The notes: generated by a model from the letters alone, not told the origin. 64,000 bases of DNA from Acidaminococcaceae bacterium (GCA_022653215.1 JALCSJ010000001.1:1021-65020), one strand, 5' to 3'; positions 40,475 to 48,186 are shown, numbered from the stretch's first letter. Translations and numbers: made by a program.

Positions 40475-40558
40475 GACCGAGAAAAGGGTGTTGTCTTTTC
40501 TAAGGACGAGCTGCTACACGTCCCGAAAAGAAAAGCACACTTGTCTCGGTCTTTTGTT
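40475..40558 (+). terminator. long imperfect hairpin + U-tract downstream of gltB
   Basis: GACCGAGA (40475-40482) pairs with TCTCGGTC (40544-40551). Interrupted inner pairing and an apical GGACG/CGTCC stem. Followed by TTTTGTT. Confidence 0.45.
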
Positions 40559-40642
40559 CAATATTTTACAGCTCTTTTTGCTTTTTTATGAGTTAGGTGT
40601 ATAATAAGCTGCTGTTAATTTTTAAAGTTAGGAAGGAATGCA

Positions 40643-42037
40643 ATGAGTATTTTAAATAAGATTTTGGCTGTGATTATAGCTGCAACTTTAGGATTGGGAG
40701 CTTATACCTACAAAACTTTGTTTTATGATGATGGGGCCAAGGAAAAAACTGTGGATAAACTGGCCCTTAAAAAGAATATTTTAGTCCTTGGGGTAGATAA
40801 AAGAGAGGGGGATGTAGGCCGCTCCGATACTATGTTCGTAGTTATGTTAGACCCTAAAAACGAAAATATGTCTCTATTATCAATTCCCAGAGATACGATG
40901 GTCCGCATTCCCAACAATGGCTGGAACAAGATTAACCATGCCTATGCATATGGTGGACATAAGCTCAGCGAGCAAACGGTGGAAAATTTTCTGGGCATCA
41001 AAATTAATAACTATGTTTTGATTGATATCAAAGGTTTTGTAGAGCTGGTTGATGCCTTGGGCGGTATTGATATTGACGTAGAAAAAAATATGACCTATTC
41101 TGATCCATATGATGATGGAGCAAACGGACTGGTCATACACCTAAAAAAAGGACTTCAGCATCTTAGCGGTCAGCATGCCATGGAATATGTCCGTTATCGT
41201 GATGAAGAAGGCGATATTGGCAGAATCAAACGCCAGCAAAAGTTTATGAAAGCTGTGTACCAAAAAGCCTTGCAGCCGGAAACAATTTTAAAATTACCGG
41301 CTATCATTAAAAGTATCAGCAAAATGGTTACTACTGATGTGCCGGTAAGTGATATGTTGGCTGTGCTGAAAGCCTTGAAGGGCGGCAGTCAGACCATGGG
41401 AGACTTGAAAATGGCTATGGTACCGGGTCATCCTGCGGACATAGAAGAAATAAATTACTGGATTCCCGATATGGTGGCTTTGCGCTCTGAAATGGTAGCT
41501 ATGCAGGGTGCCACTATGAGCAACAGCTTCAGCTTGGCAGCAACAGCCAGCAAGAGTGAATATGATAGGCTTTTGGGTATGGGAGATAGTAATAAAAACG
41601 GTAAGCAGGTTATTAAAAATCCTAAGTCTAAAGAGCTCCAGGATGCTATCGCAAAAGCTAAAAAGGCCAATGCAGAGGAAATAGCTAAAGCCAAGGCTTT
41701 ACGGCAAAGTACCGCTGAAAATCAAACCGATGCAGATGAACAACCAAAAGCTTCTCAACCGCAGCGTATCAGCCGGGTAAGAGTAAAGGTTGTCAATTGC
41801 ACAGGTTCTCCGGCAGCTTTAAATAAAGCTATAGGCCAGATCAGCAATGCCGGTCTTGTGGTTGTAGGAACAGGAACAGGAGCTAAACGAACTTCTACCC
41901 TTATAGTGGCTACTACGGATAACAGCAGTGCCGTAGGTAAATTTTCTGCTCTATCTTTCCGCTATTTCCTGCGCAGGGATCCAGCGGCTGCCAGCGGTAT
42001 AGAAGGTATTATTTACTTGGGCGAAGACTATTTATAA
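40643..42037 (+). CDS. LCP (LytR-CpsA-Psr) family protein with a C-terminal LytR_C domain
   Basis: N-terminal TM helix, LCP core motifs (RSDTMFVV, LSIPRDT, INHAYAYGG) and a C-terminal VRVKVVNCTGSPAALNKA domain. Confidence 0.88.
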   Translation: MSILNKILAVIIAATLGLGAYTYKTLFYDDGAKEKTVDKLALKKNILVLGVDKREGDVGRSDTMFVVMLDPKNENMSLLSIPRDTMVRIPNNGWNKINHAYAYGGHKLSEQTVENFLGIKINNYVLIDIKGFVELVDALGGIDIDVEKNMTYSDPYDDGANGLVIHLKKGLQHLSGQHAMEYVRYRDEEGDIGRIKRQQKFMKAVYQKALQPETILKLPAIIKSISKMVTTDVPVSDMLAVLKALKGGSQTMGDLKMAMVPGHPADIEEINYWIPDMVALRSEMVAMQGATMSNSFSLAATASKSEYDRLLGMGDSNKNGKQVIKNPKSKELQDAIAKAKKANAEEIAKAKALRQSTAENQTDADEQPKASQPQRISRVRVKVVNCTGSPAALNKAIGQISNAGLVVVGTGTGAKRTSTLIVATTDNSSAVGKFSALSFRYFLRRDPAAASGIEGIIYLGEDYL

Positions 42038-42060
42038 GAAAACTTATTATAATATAAAAA

Positions 42061-42088
42061 ACTACTGCCAATATTTTAAGGCAGTAGT
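42061..42088 (+). terminator. hairpin after the LCP gene
   Basis: ACTACTGCC - 10 nt - GGCAGTAGT. The U run is not immediately adjacent. Confidence 0.5.
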
Positions 42089-42126
42089 AAGACTGTTTTT
42101 AGGATATTTGCGAATTTTCAAAAAAA

Positions 42127-42164
42127 TCTTGAAAATAAAACTTGCACATTGTATACAAAAGTGT
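42127..42164. repeat. attL core (direct repeat, left copy)
   Basis: TCTTGAAAATAAAACTTGCACATTGTATACAAAAGTGT, identical to 46586-46623. Confidence 0.85.
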
Positions 42165-42910
42165 CATAGGGCTTTTGGAGTTGTGATTATATGGTAAAGA
42201 GTGGCATAAACACTAGAAAGTCGAAAAGACATAGAGAGAAACAAAAAGATATAAATAGACAATAAGTTTACGCAAAAGTTGCACAAGAAAATAATTCAAT
42301 ATAGATGTAATCTATCCCCCCGTTAAAAATTGGGGGATATTTTTTATTGGGCGAAAGAGTAAGCAGGAACAATTATTGTTTGTGCGTGGTAGGATATATG
42401 GGTGTATTGATAAAACATACTTATAAGGGAAATATAGTTGTTGGATAAACTTGTTTTCGTAAAGTAAACAAAACATAGCACTCTACGAAACAAGTTTGTA
42501 AACATTGAAACACTTAATCATAAAAAATCCTTGTAATTGTAAAGTTTTGTGGTATACTTTATTTAGACAAGAAAAGAAATAATACATAATGAAAAGCAAA
42601 GAGCAAAACAATTAAGCAGTAACTATTAATTCCGTATGTTAGGTATTGGGTACTATCCAGTATTTAATGATACGGAAAATCTATTCTTAGGGGGTGAAAC
42701 GGAAACTTGTTTCAGATGTAGTAATTAATTGATGGGAAGTTTTGGCGGCAGTATGGAACACGGGCGGTCAGATAGTCGGATAGGGGGGGAGGGGGAAAAA
42801 ACACAAATGGTACTATCTAGACTATATATAAAGAATACTCTTATTTCTCCCGTGTCAGTAATCAAAATAAAAAGGTACTACATAGTATCTTTAGGAGGTG
42901 AAAATATTTT

Positions 42911-43360
42911 TTGGAAAATTTAGAACAAGGGCAAGAAACAATTGAAGTAAAAAAGGAAACACTAGAAGAACAGATTATTAGGAAAGACAAAGAGAGCGAT
43001 AACAAAGACAAAAGAATTAAGTCATTAGAAAAAGAAGTAATGACATTAAAACAAGGCGGTAAGACAGTAAGACCATTTACCAAAGTATTCATTGATACGG
43101 GGGTTGAATTGCTTGATACTCTTTCCTTGCGTGATAGGGGGTTGCTTTACTCTCTAGCGGTACTAGCAAGCCCAAAGGGGTATTTGCAGGACAAAGAAAC
43201 GGGTTGTCAAATAACGTCGTGGCGGCAATTAGGAAAGAATGTAGGTATTAAAGATGTAGGTCATGCCCGTAATATGTTTTTGGACTTTTTAAGTATGGAA
43301 ATAATGACAGAAGATTTTAAGTTAAATTCTAAGTATTTATCAAGAAAACGAAATGCGTAA
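42911..43360 (+). CDS. island protein, unknown family: N-terminal charged coiled-coil + C-terminal possible winged-helix-like domain
   Basis: 149 aa. TTG start 11 nt after AGGAGG. E/K-rich N-terminus, then RPFTKVFIDTGVELLDTLSLRDRGLLYSLAVLA... No motif I can name. Confidence 0.55.
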   Translation: MENLEQGQETIEVKKETLEEQIIRKDKESDNKDKRIKSLEKEVMTLKQGGKTVRPFTKVFIDTGVELLDTLSLRDRGLLYSLAVLASPKGYLQDKETGCQITSWRQLGKNVGIKDVGHARNMFLDFLSMEIMTEDFKLNSKYLSRKRNA

Positions 43361-43560
43361 AAATATACGCAAGTAACGTGTGATTTAAACACCACAAAAA
43401 CGTATTTAAAAGTTTGGTGATTTTTCACACATATCAAACAAGCATAGATGGGGCAAGGGGTTGCAGTAAAAAGGGTTGTTAGTGTTGTACTAGGAAAGAA
43501 TATTTATATAGACTACTCTTTCTATGCCGCCTTTCCCTATCATTATTATGGAGGTCATTG

Positions 43561-43809
43561 ATGGCAAGTAATTTATTAGTAGCAGGAGAATGGAAAAGTA
43601 TTTTACCCGAATGGAATAAGGGTACAGTAGACGTAAGAGTTTATCGCAAGCCTAAAACAACATTGACGGGCGAACGGTATTACCTAGGTATTAGGAACAA
43701 TGTTAGCAAGTCCAATACGGAGGAAATAACTATTCCCTTTGATATACTGGAGGATATTGCCCGTATAGGCAATAAGGAAATAGCCGCCTATCAACAAGGG
43801 CAAATTTAG
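43561..43809 (+). CDS. island protein, unknown function (82 aa)
   Basis: ATG 43561 lies 8 nt after GGAGG. A hairpin follows at ~43815-43855. Confidence 0.5.
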   Translation: MASNLLVAGEWKSILPEWNKGTVDVRVYRKPKTTLTGERYYLGIRNNVSKSNTEEITIPFDILEDIARIGNKEIAAYQQGQI

Positions 43810-43994
43810 GCAAAAAAAAATATCCTACCTGCTTAACACCCCTGTTAGCAGATAGGATAAATAAAAGAGTTTATACAGTTAGCGTGTAGAACACGGCAAG
43901 AAAGAAAACCCTCTCACTATATACAGGAAAACAAGTGCTTTTTATGCAAGGCTATTTTTTCCCTAATACTGTTAATAGCCTCAATTGGAGTTGC

Positions 43995-44186
43995 TTAGTC
44001 TTTTTTCCACAGTAGCCTCTCCCTGTGTCTTTGCAGGGTTTTCATTGAGAGCCATTCTTTTCCTGCTCCGTTCACCCATTCGTATACTTTCTCTATTGGT
44101 ATTTTCTTGTCTTTTAGTAGAAATCGAAGATTAAGTAACCATTCCATTCTGTTTGCTCTCCGTTCCTGTTTCCTTGGCAGTACCAT
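43995..44186 (-). CDS. island small basic protein (63 aa), candidate regulator, divergent from xis-int
   Basis: Basic and helical-looking (KTLQRHRERLLWKK). A 12-bp inverted repeat lies immediately upstream at 44210-44250. RBS is AAGGAG. Confidence 0.45.
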   Translation of the reverse strand: MVLPRKQERRANRMEWLLNLRFLLKDKKIPIEKVYEWVNGAGKEWLSMKTLQRHRERLLWKKD

Positions 44187-44523
44187 TTGTGTTCTCCTTT
44201 ACTAGTAGTTATCCGTGATAGTTCTGTTATTTCATTGTATCACAGATAATCAAGGTCGGATACAGTTAATTAGAATAAATGTTAAAATAGTATGGGGTAA
44301 AAAGTATGGCGGCACTTAAAAGATAGGCAAGGTAATAACTAGGGTGTAGGAATTGCCGTGTAATCACTTATGGTTGAGTTAGTGGCACTTTTTAGCGTGT
44401 TTACATAATGGGTGCAGGGAAACACTAGGGCAACGATAAATAAACATTCACAAGTGAAATTAAGAAGTCTATGAAAGAAGTTTACAGGATTAAATGGCTA
44501 TATAGAGCCGATAGGAGGTATTT

Positions 44524-44877
44524 ATGGTGGTTGGAATTGATAGCGTAATAAATATACATAGTATTGATAAAAACTTAATAAACGAATACAAAGGGATTAT
44601 TACCCAATGTTTTAATAAGGGAACGTATACGGAAAAGAAAGCAAAAAAGAAAAAAGCAGGGTATCAATATTACGATAGAGAGAAAGATTATCAAACTAAA
44701 AAGGGTGTAGCAGAGTATTTCGGAGTTAGCACGAAGACAGTAGAGCGAATGACAAAGCAGGGTTTTTTCAGACCTAGTAATTTCTTAGGCGGCAGAAAGA
44801 AGAGATATAAAACCATAGATATATTAAAACTAGGTAGGCAAAAAGGGGAAGAGTTTAAGCCAATATATAGTAATTAA
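44524..44877 (+). CDS. excisionase/MerR-type HTH domain protein (xis-like)
   Basis: Perfect AGGAGG RBS. The C-terminal KKGVAEYFGVSTKTVERMTKQGFFRP segment resembles an excisionase-family HTH. It lies immediately upstream of int. Confidence 0.6.
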   Translation: MVVGIDSVINIHSIDKNLINEYKGIITQCFNKGTYTEKKAKKKKAGYQYYDREKDYQTKKGVAEYFGVSTKTVERMTKQGFFRPSNFLGGRKKRYKTIDILKLGRQKGEEFKPIYSN

Positions 44878-44987
44878 GTATTATATACTAAATAATATTT
44901 AGCAGTAATAACAAAATTTGACTTTGTATAATAATAGAGGTATAGTATTTATAGCAGGACAAAACAAATAAGAAAGGGGTTTTGATT

Positions 44988-46199
44988 ATGGCAAAGAAAG
45001 CAAAAATTAAATTGTTAAAGAAAAGCGAATTGCCAAAGGGCATAAGACAGAGAAAGGATAGTGGGAAATTTTTCTTTAGATTTAATGCAGATAGGAAAAC
45101 TTATTACAAAGAGTTTGAAACAAAAGAAGAGGCTAGAAAGGGTTATCTTATCGCTAGGGCAGAAGTAGCAGAGGGCAAATATAATAATAGTAAAGTTACT
45201 CTAAACCAATTAATAGAACAAGTCTTAACAATAGATAAAGCAAACGGAACAAGGTGTATTAACTCACTTAAATTACACAACGGGTTTAAAAAGAGTTGTA
45301 TTGAAAATTCCGTAGCATTGAGATTTGGTAAAATCCCCGTAAAAGATATTGAAGTAAAAGAATGTAACAATTGGCTATTAGAACAGTTAAGGTATCACAA
45401 AACAAAGATAGTAAAAGGTAAGACAGTTGATAATGGTAAACTTAGCACCAACACTATTAATAGATATATTGATATGTTAAAGGGCTATCTTAGCAGAGCG
45501 GTTAAATTAGGGTACATACAATATAATCCAATGGAAAGGATAGACCGACCAAAAGCCCAAAAGGTAAACAAAGATAGAGAGGCTTTAACAGATGTAGAGT
45601 TAACAATGTTTCTATCAACTATTAAAGAAAGAAGTCCTAAAGGTTGGGTGATGGCTTTGGCTATGTTAGATACGGGGGCAAGGGTACACGAATGTTTAGG
45701 GCTACAATGGAAGAACATAGATAATGATAGCAGTAAAATAGCCATTGAGGGTCAGTATGACCCAATAACCAAAACGAAAAAAGATATTAAGAACGGAGTT
45801 AAAAGAACGTGGGTAGCAAAGACTAGCACAATAAGAGAATTAATAAATATAAAGCCCGTAAACGCCAATAAAGAGGATTATATATTCAAAGGGTACAAAG
45901 ATAATAGCCCATTAGGTGTAGGGCGTGTAGAGCAAATATTCCGTAGTGTATTTAAGATATGCGGTATTAAGAAAACACCTCACTCTTTAAGGCACACGGG
46001 GGCAACTCTATTGTGGAAAGCAACTGGAGATATTAGGCTAGTTCAGAAATTTCTAGGTCATAAGAATATAGCCACAACGCAAAAGTATATTAATGATAAC
46101 TTTACGGAAGTAAGCAAAGAAGAAACAGAGAGTATAAAGAACGCTTTACCCGATTTCGTGGAGAAGTCCAATCAACCTATTTTAAGAGTAGTAGCATAA
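44988..46199 (+). CDS. int: tyrosine-type site-specific recombinase (integrase)
   Basis: Catalytic signature DTGARVHE (Arg), HSLRHTGATLL (H-x-x-R) and LGHKNIATTQKYI (His/Tyr). N-terminal SAM-like domain. ATG 44988 chosen. Confidence 0.9.
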   Translation: MAKKAKIKLLKKSELPKGIRQRKDSGKFFFRFNADRKTYYKEFETKEEARKGYLIARAEVAEGKYNNSKVTLNQLIEQVLTIDKANGTRCINSLKLHNGFKKSCIENSVALRFGKIPVKDIEVKECNNWLLEQLRYHKTKIVKGKTVDNGKLSTNTINRYIDMLKGYLSRAVKLGYIQYNPMERIDRPKAQKVNKDREALTDVELTMFLSTIKERSPKGWVMALAMLDTGARVHECLGLQWKNIDNDSSKIAIEGQYDPITKTKKDIKNGVKRTWVAKTSTIRELINIKPVNANKEDYIFKGYKDNSPLGVGRVEQIFRSVFKICGIKKTPHSLRHTGATLLWKATGDIRLVQKFLGHKNIATTQKYINDNFTEVSKEETESIKNALPDFVEKSNQPILRVVA

Positions 46200-46213
46200 C
46201 AGGGGGGTGTATC

Positions 46214-46387
46214 GTGTCAAAGGAAATAAAGGTATATGTAAAAGGCGGTTATTATGTAGGGCATAGCGATAAACAAATAAGCAAGAAATTAGAAAAGCAG
46301 TACAGAAAAACAATGAAGAGAGTACACAACGGATTATTAAAGATTTATCAAATAGAAAAAGAAAAGGGGTATATCAAATGTATTTAA
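46214..46387 (+). CDS. island mini-ORF (57 aa), paralog of the next ORF
   Basis: My own translation. GTG start after GGGGGGTG. VSKEIKVYVKGGYYVGHSDKQISKKLEKQYRKTMKRVHNGLLKIYQIEKEKGYIKCI. It is below the ORF-track size cut-off. Confidence 0.4.
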   Translation: MSKEIKVYVKGGYYVGHSDKQISKKLEKQYRKTMKRVHNGLLKIYQIEKEKGYIKCI

Positions 46388-46542
46388 TCAAAACTAATGT
46401 TGATGGTTGTATCGTGGGTAATTATTACGGGGAGGGTTTTAATTCCCTTTTGGCGGCACAAAAGAAACTAAATGAAGTATTAAATGGAGATAGTAAAGCA
46501 AAGATTTACAAGGTAGTGGAGATAGAAAAAAGCGGTAAATAG
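46378..46542 (+). CDS. island mini-ORF (54 aa), paralog of the previous ORF
   Basis: My own translation. The ATG overlaps the previous stop region by 10 nt. MYLIKTNVDGCIVGNYYGEGFNSLLAAQKKLNEVLNGDSKAKIYKVVEIEKSGK. Confidence 0.4.
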   Translation: MYLIKTNVDGCIVGNYYGEGFNSLLAAQKKLNEVLNGDSKAKIYKVVEIEKSGK

Positions 46543-46585
46543 GGGGCAAAGTTACGCAGGAATTTACGCAGAAAAATCCAAAAAG

Positions 46586-46623
46586 TCTTGAAAATAAAAC
46601 TTGCACATTGTATACAAAAGTGT
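46586..46623. repeat. attR core (direct repeat, right copy)
   Basis: Identical to 42127-42164. Confidence 0.85.
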
Positions 46624-46635
46624 TATAATCACCTT

Positions 46636-46686
46636 GTAAGTTAAACAAGCCCCTCATTTGCCCTTTTAATTAAGGGCTTTTTTTTT
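46636..46686 (+). ncRNA. candidate ~50-nt promoter-to-terminator transcript (small RNA or abortive leader)
   Basis: Promoter TTGCAC (46601-46606) - 17 nt - TATAAT (46624-46629). Small hairpin CTTGT..ACAAG, then terminator GCCCTTTTAATTAAGGGC + T9 (46660-46686). The MATE gene has its own promoter downstream. Confidence 0.3.
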
Positions 46687-46703
46687 GCCTGTTTTTGTGG
46701 GGT

Positions 46704-46732
46704 TTGCCCATTAGTAACATATGTGGTAAAAT
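46704..46732 (+). promoter_or_regulatory. sigma70-type promoter of the MATE gene
   Basis: TTGCCC - 17 nt - TAAAAT with an extended -10 TG. Confidence 0.5.
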
Positions 46733-46763
46733 ATTGCAGCGTTTACGTAGAAGAGGTTAATAT

Positions 46764-48182
46764 ATGAAGAATATTAAAAGAACAGATGATAAAAACATTT
46801 TAGGCTATGCGCCTATTAACACACTACTGAAAATGTTTGCCGGCCCGGCAATTATTTCTATGGTGGCTAATGCCCTTTACAATATTGTGGACCAGATTTA
46901 CATTGGTAATTCTGTTGGTTATTTGGGTATAGCCGCTACTACAGTAGCTTTTCCTATTGTGACCATAGTTATGGCCTTGGGAACTTTATTGGGAGTAGGG
47001 GGCAGTGCTTTGGCCGCCATAAAGTTGGGAGAGGAAAAGAAAAAAGATGCAGAAGAAATATTAAACTCTGTGCTGCTGGTAGGCCTTATTTGCAGTACCT
47101 TGATGACTATTGTCGGAGAAATTTTTCTTACGGAGCTTATTACTGCTTTTGGTGCTACAAGCCAGACCTTATTATATAGCAAGCAATATGGTGGGGTTAT
47201 GATTGCTCTGGCACCTATTTCCACCATCATTGGTATTTTGTGCAATATGGCACGGACAGACGGCAGCCCCCAATTAGCTATGCGTGCTTTGGTCGGTGGA
47301 GTTTTGGCCAATGTGGTTTTAGACCCGATTTTCATCTTTGTCTTTCAGTGGGGAGTTTTGGGAGCGGCTTTAGCTACCGCAGCCTCTCAGATCTTTTCTG
47401 CTCTTGTTTTAACCTGGTATTTTAAGTACAGAGGTAAGATGCGTTTTGATTATGAGGATTTTACCAACCCTAATAAGCATTTGGTTAAGCGGGCTATGGC
47501 CATCGGGGCTTCTAGCTGTTTAGTGCAGCTCAGCTCCACGGTTCTGCAAATACTCATGAATAATTCTTTGTTATATTATGGTAATTTGTCTTCAGTAGGA
47601 GGGGATGTGGCTATTGGAGCCGTAGGCATTGTCATGAAAATAAATATGATCTTTATTTCTGTGGCTATTGGCATCGGCATTGGCGCTCAGCCTATTATTG
47701 GCTTTAATAAAGGGGCTGAACATTACGACAGAGTATTAGCTACATACAAGTTGGCGGCTAAATGTGCTACAACTGTCACAACTGTAGGATGGTTGTGCTG
47801 TATGCTGATGCCCCATCTTATTTTAAAAATTTTCGGCAGCAGCAGCGCTCCCGGTTTTCTTGATTTTGCTACTGATGCTATGCGCTGGTTCTTGGGAGCA
47901 GTATTTGTAGCAGGTTTCCAGATTATTTCTACAGGGTATTTCCAGGCTACAGGACAACCATTTAAAGCATCTGTTTTATCCATGATGCGTCAATTCATTC
48001 TTTTGGTTCCTTTGATTTTAATTTTGCCCATGTACTTTGGTTTATATGGCATTGTTTATGCAGGGGCAGTAGCTGATGTAATAGCTGCGGCAACAATTGC
48101 AATTTTTATGCATAAAGAAGTTCATAAATTAAAAGCTTTAATCGCTGCCGGAAAATCATCCCTGGCAGTTAAGGCAGAATAA
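46764..48182 (+). CDS. MATE family efflux transporter
   Basis: 472 aa, 12-TM architecture, MATE N-terminal signature (PAIISMVANALYNIVDQIYIG). Confidence 0.88.
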   Translation: MKNIKRTDDKNILGYAPINTLLKMFAGPAIISMVANALYNIVDQIYIGNSVGYLGIAATTVAFPIVTIVMALGTLLGVGGSALAAIKLGEEKKKDAEEILNSVLLVGLICSTLMTIVGEIFLTELITAFGATSQTLLYSKQYGGVMIALAPISTIIGILCNMARTDGSPQLAMRALVGGVLANVVLDPIFIFVFQWGVLGAALATAASQIFSALVLTWYFKYRGKMRFDYEDFTNPNKHLVKRAMAIGASSCLVQLSSTVLQILMNNSLLYYGNLSSVGGDVAIGAVGIVMKINMIFISVAIGIGIGAQPIIGFNKGAEHYDRVLATYKLAAKCATTVTTVGWLCCMLMPHLILKIFGSSSAPGFLDFATDAMRWFLGAVFVAGFQIISTGYFQATGQPFKASVLSMMRQFILLVPLILILPMYFGLYGIVYAGAVADVIAAATIAIFMHKEVHKLKALIAAGKSSLAVKAE

Positions 48183-48186
48183 AAAA

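Larger units (their letters stand above)
42127..46623. mobile_element. small (4.46 kb) integrated element with a tyrosine integrase and excisionase-like gene, bounded by 38-bp perfect direct repeats
   Basis: An identical 38-mer lies at both ends. Contents are int, a xis-like HTH gene and 5-6 tiny ORFs of unknown family. The interior is visibly more A+T-rich than both flanks. Confidence 0.8.

Noticed and set aside
42729-42923. 64-aa ORF in the island's left arm (MMGSFGGSMEHGRSDSRIGGEGEK...)
   Set aside because: Its Gly-rich, low-complexity translation comes from a G-run. It has no RBS, and it runs through the repeat motifs and the RBS of the next ORF.
44383-44397. TGGCAC hits as sigma54 -24 elements (44383 in the island, 59054 in the valS T-box, 10541 inside the regulator gene)
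   Set aside because: None has TTGC (or a GC dinucleotide) at the required -12 spacing, and two of them lie inside functional RNA or coding sequence.
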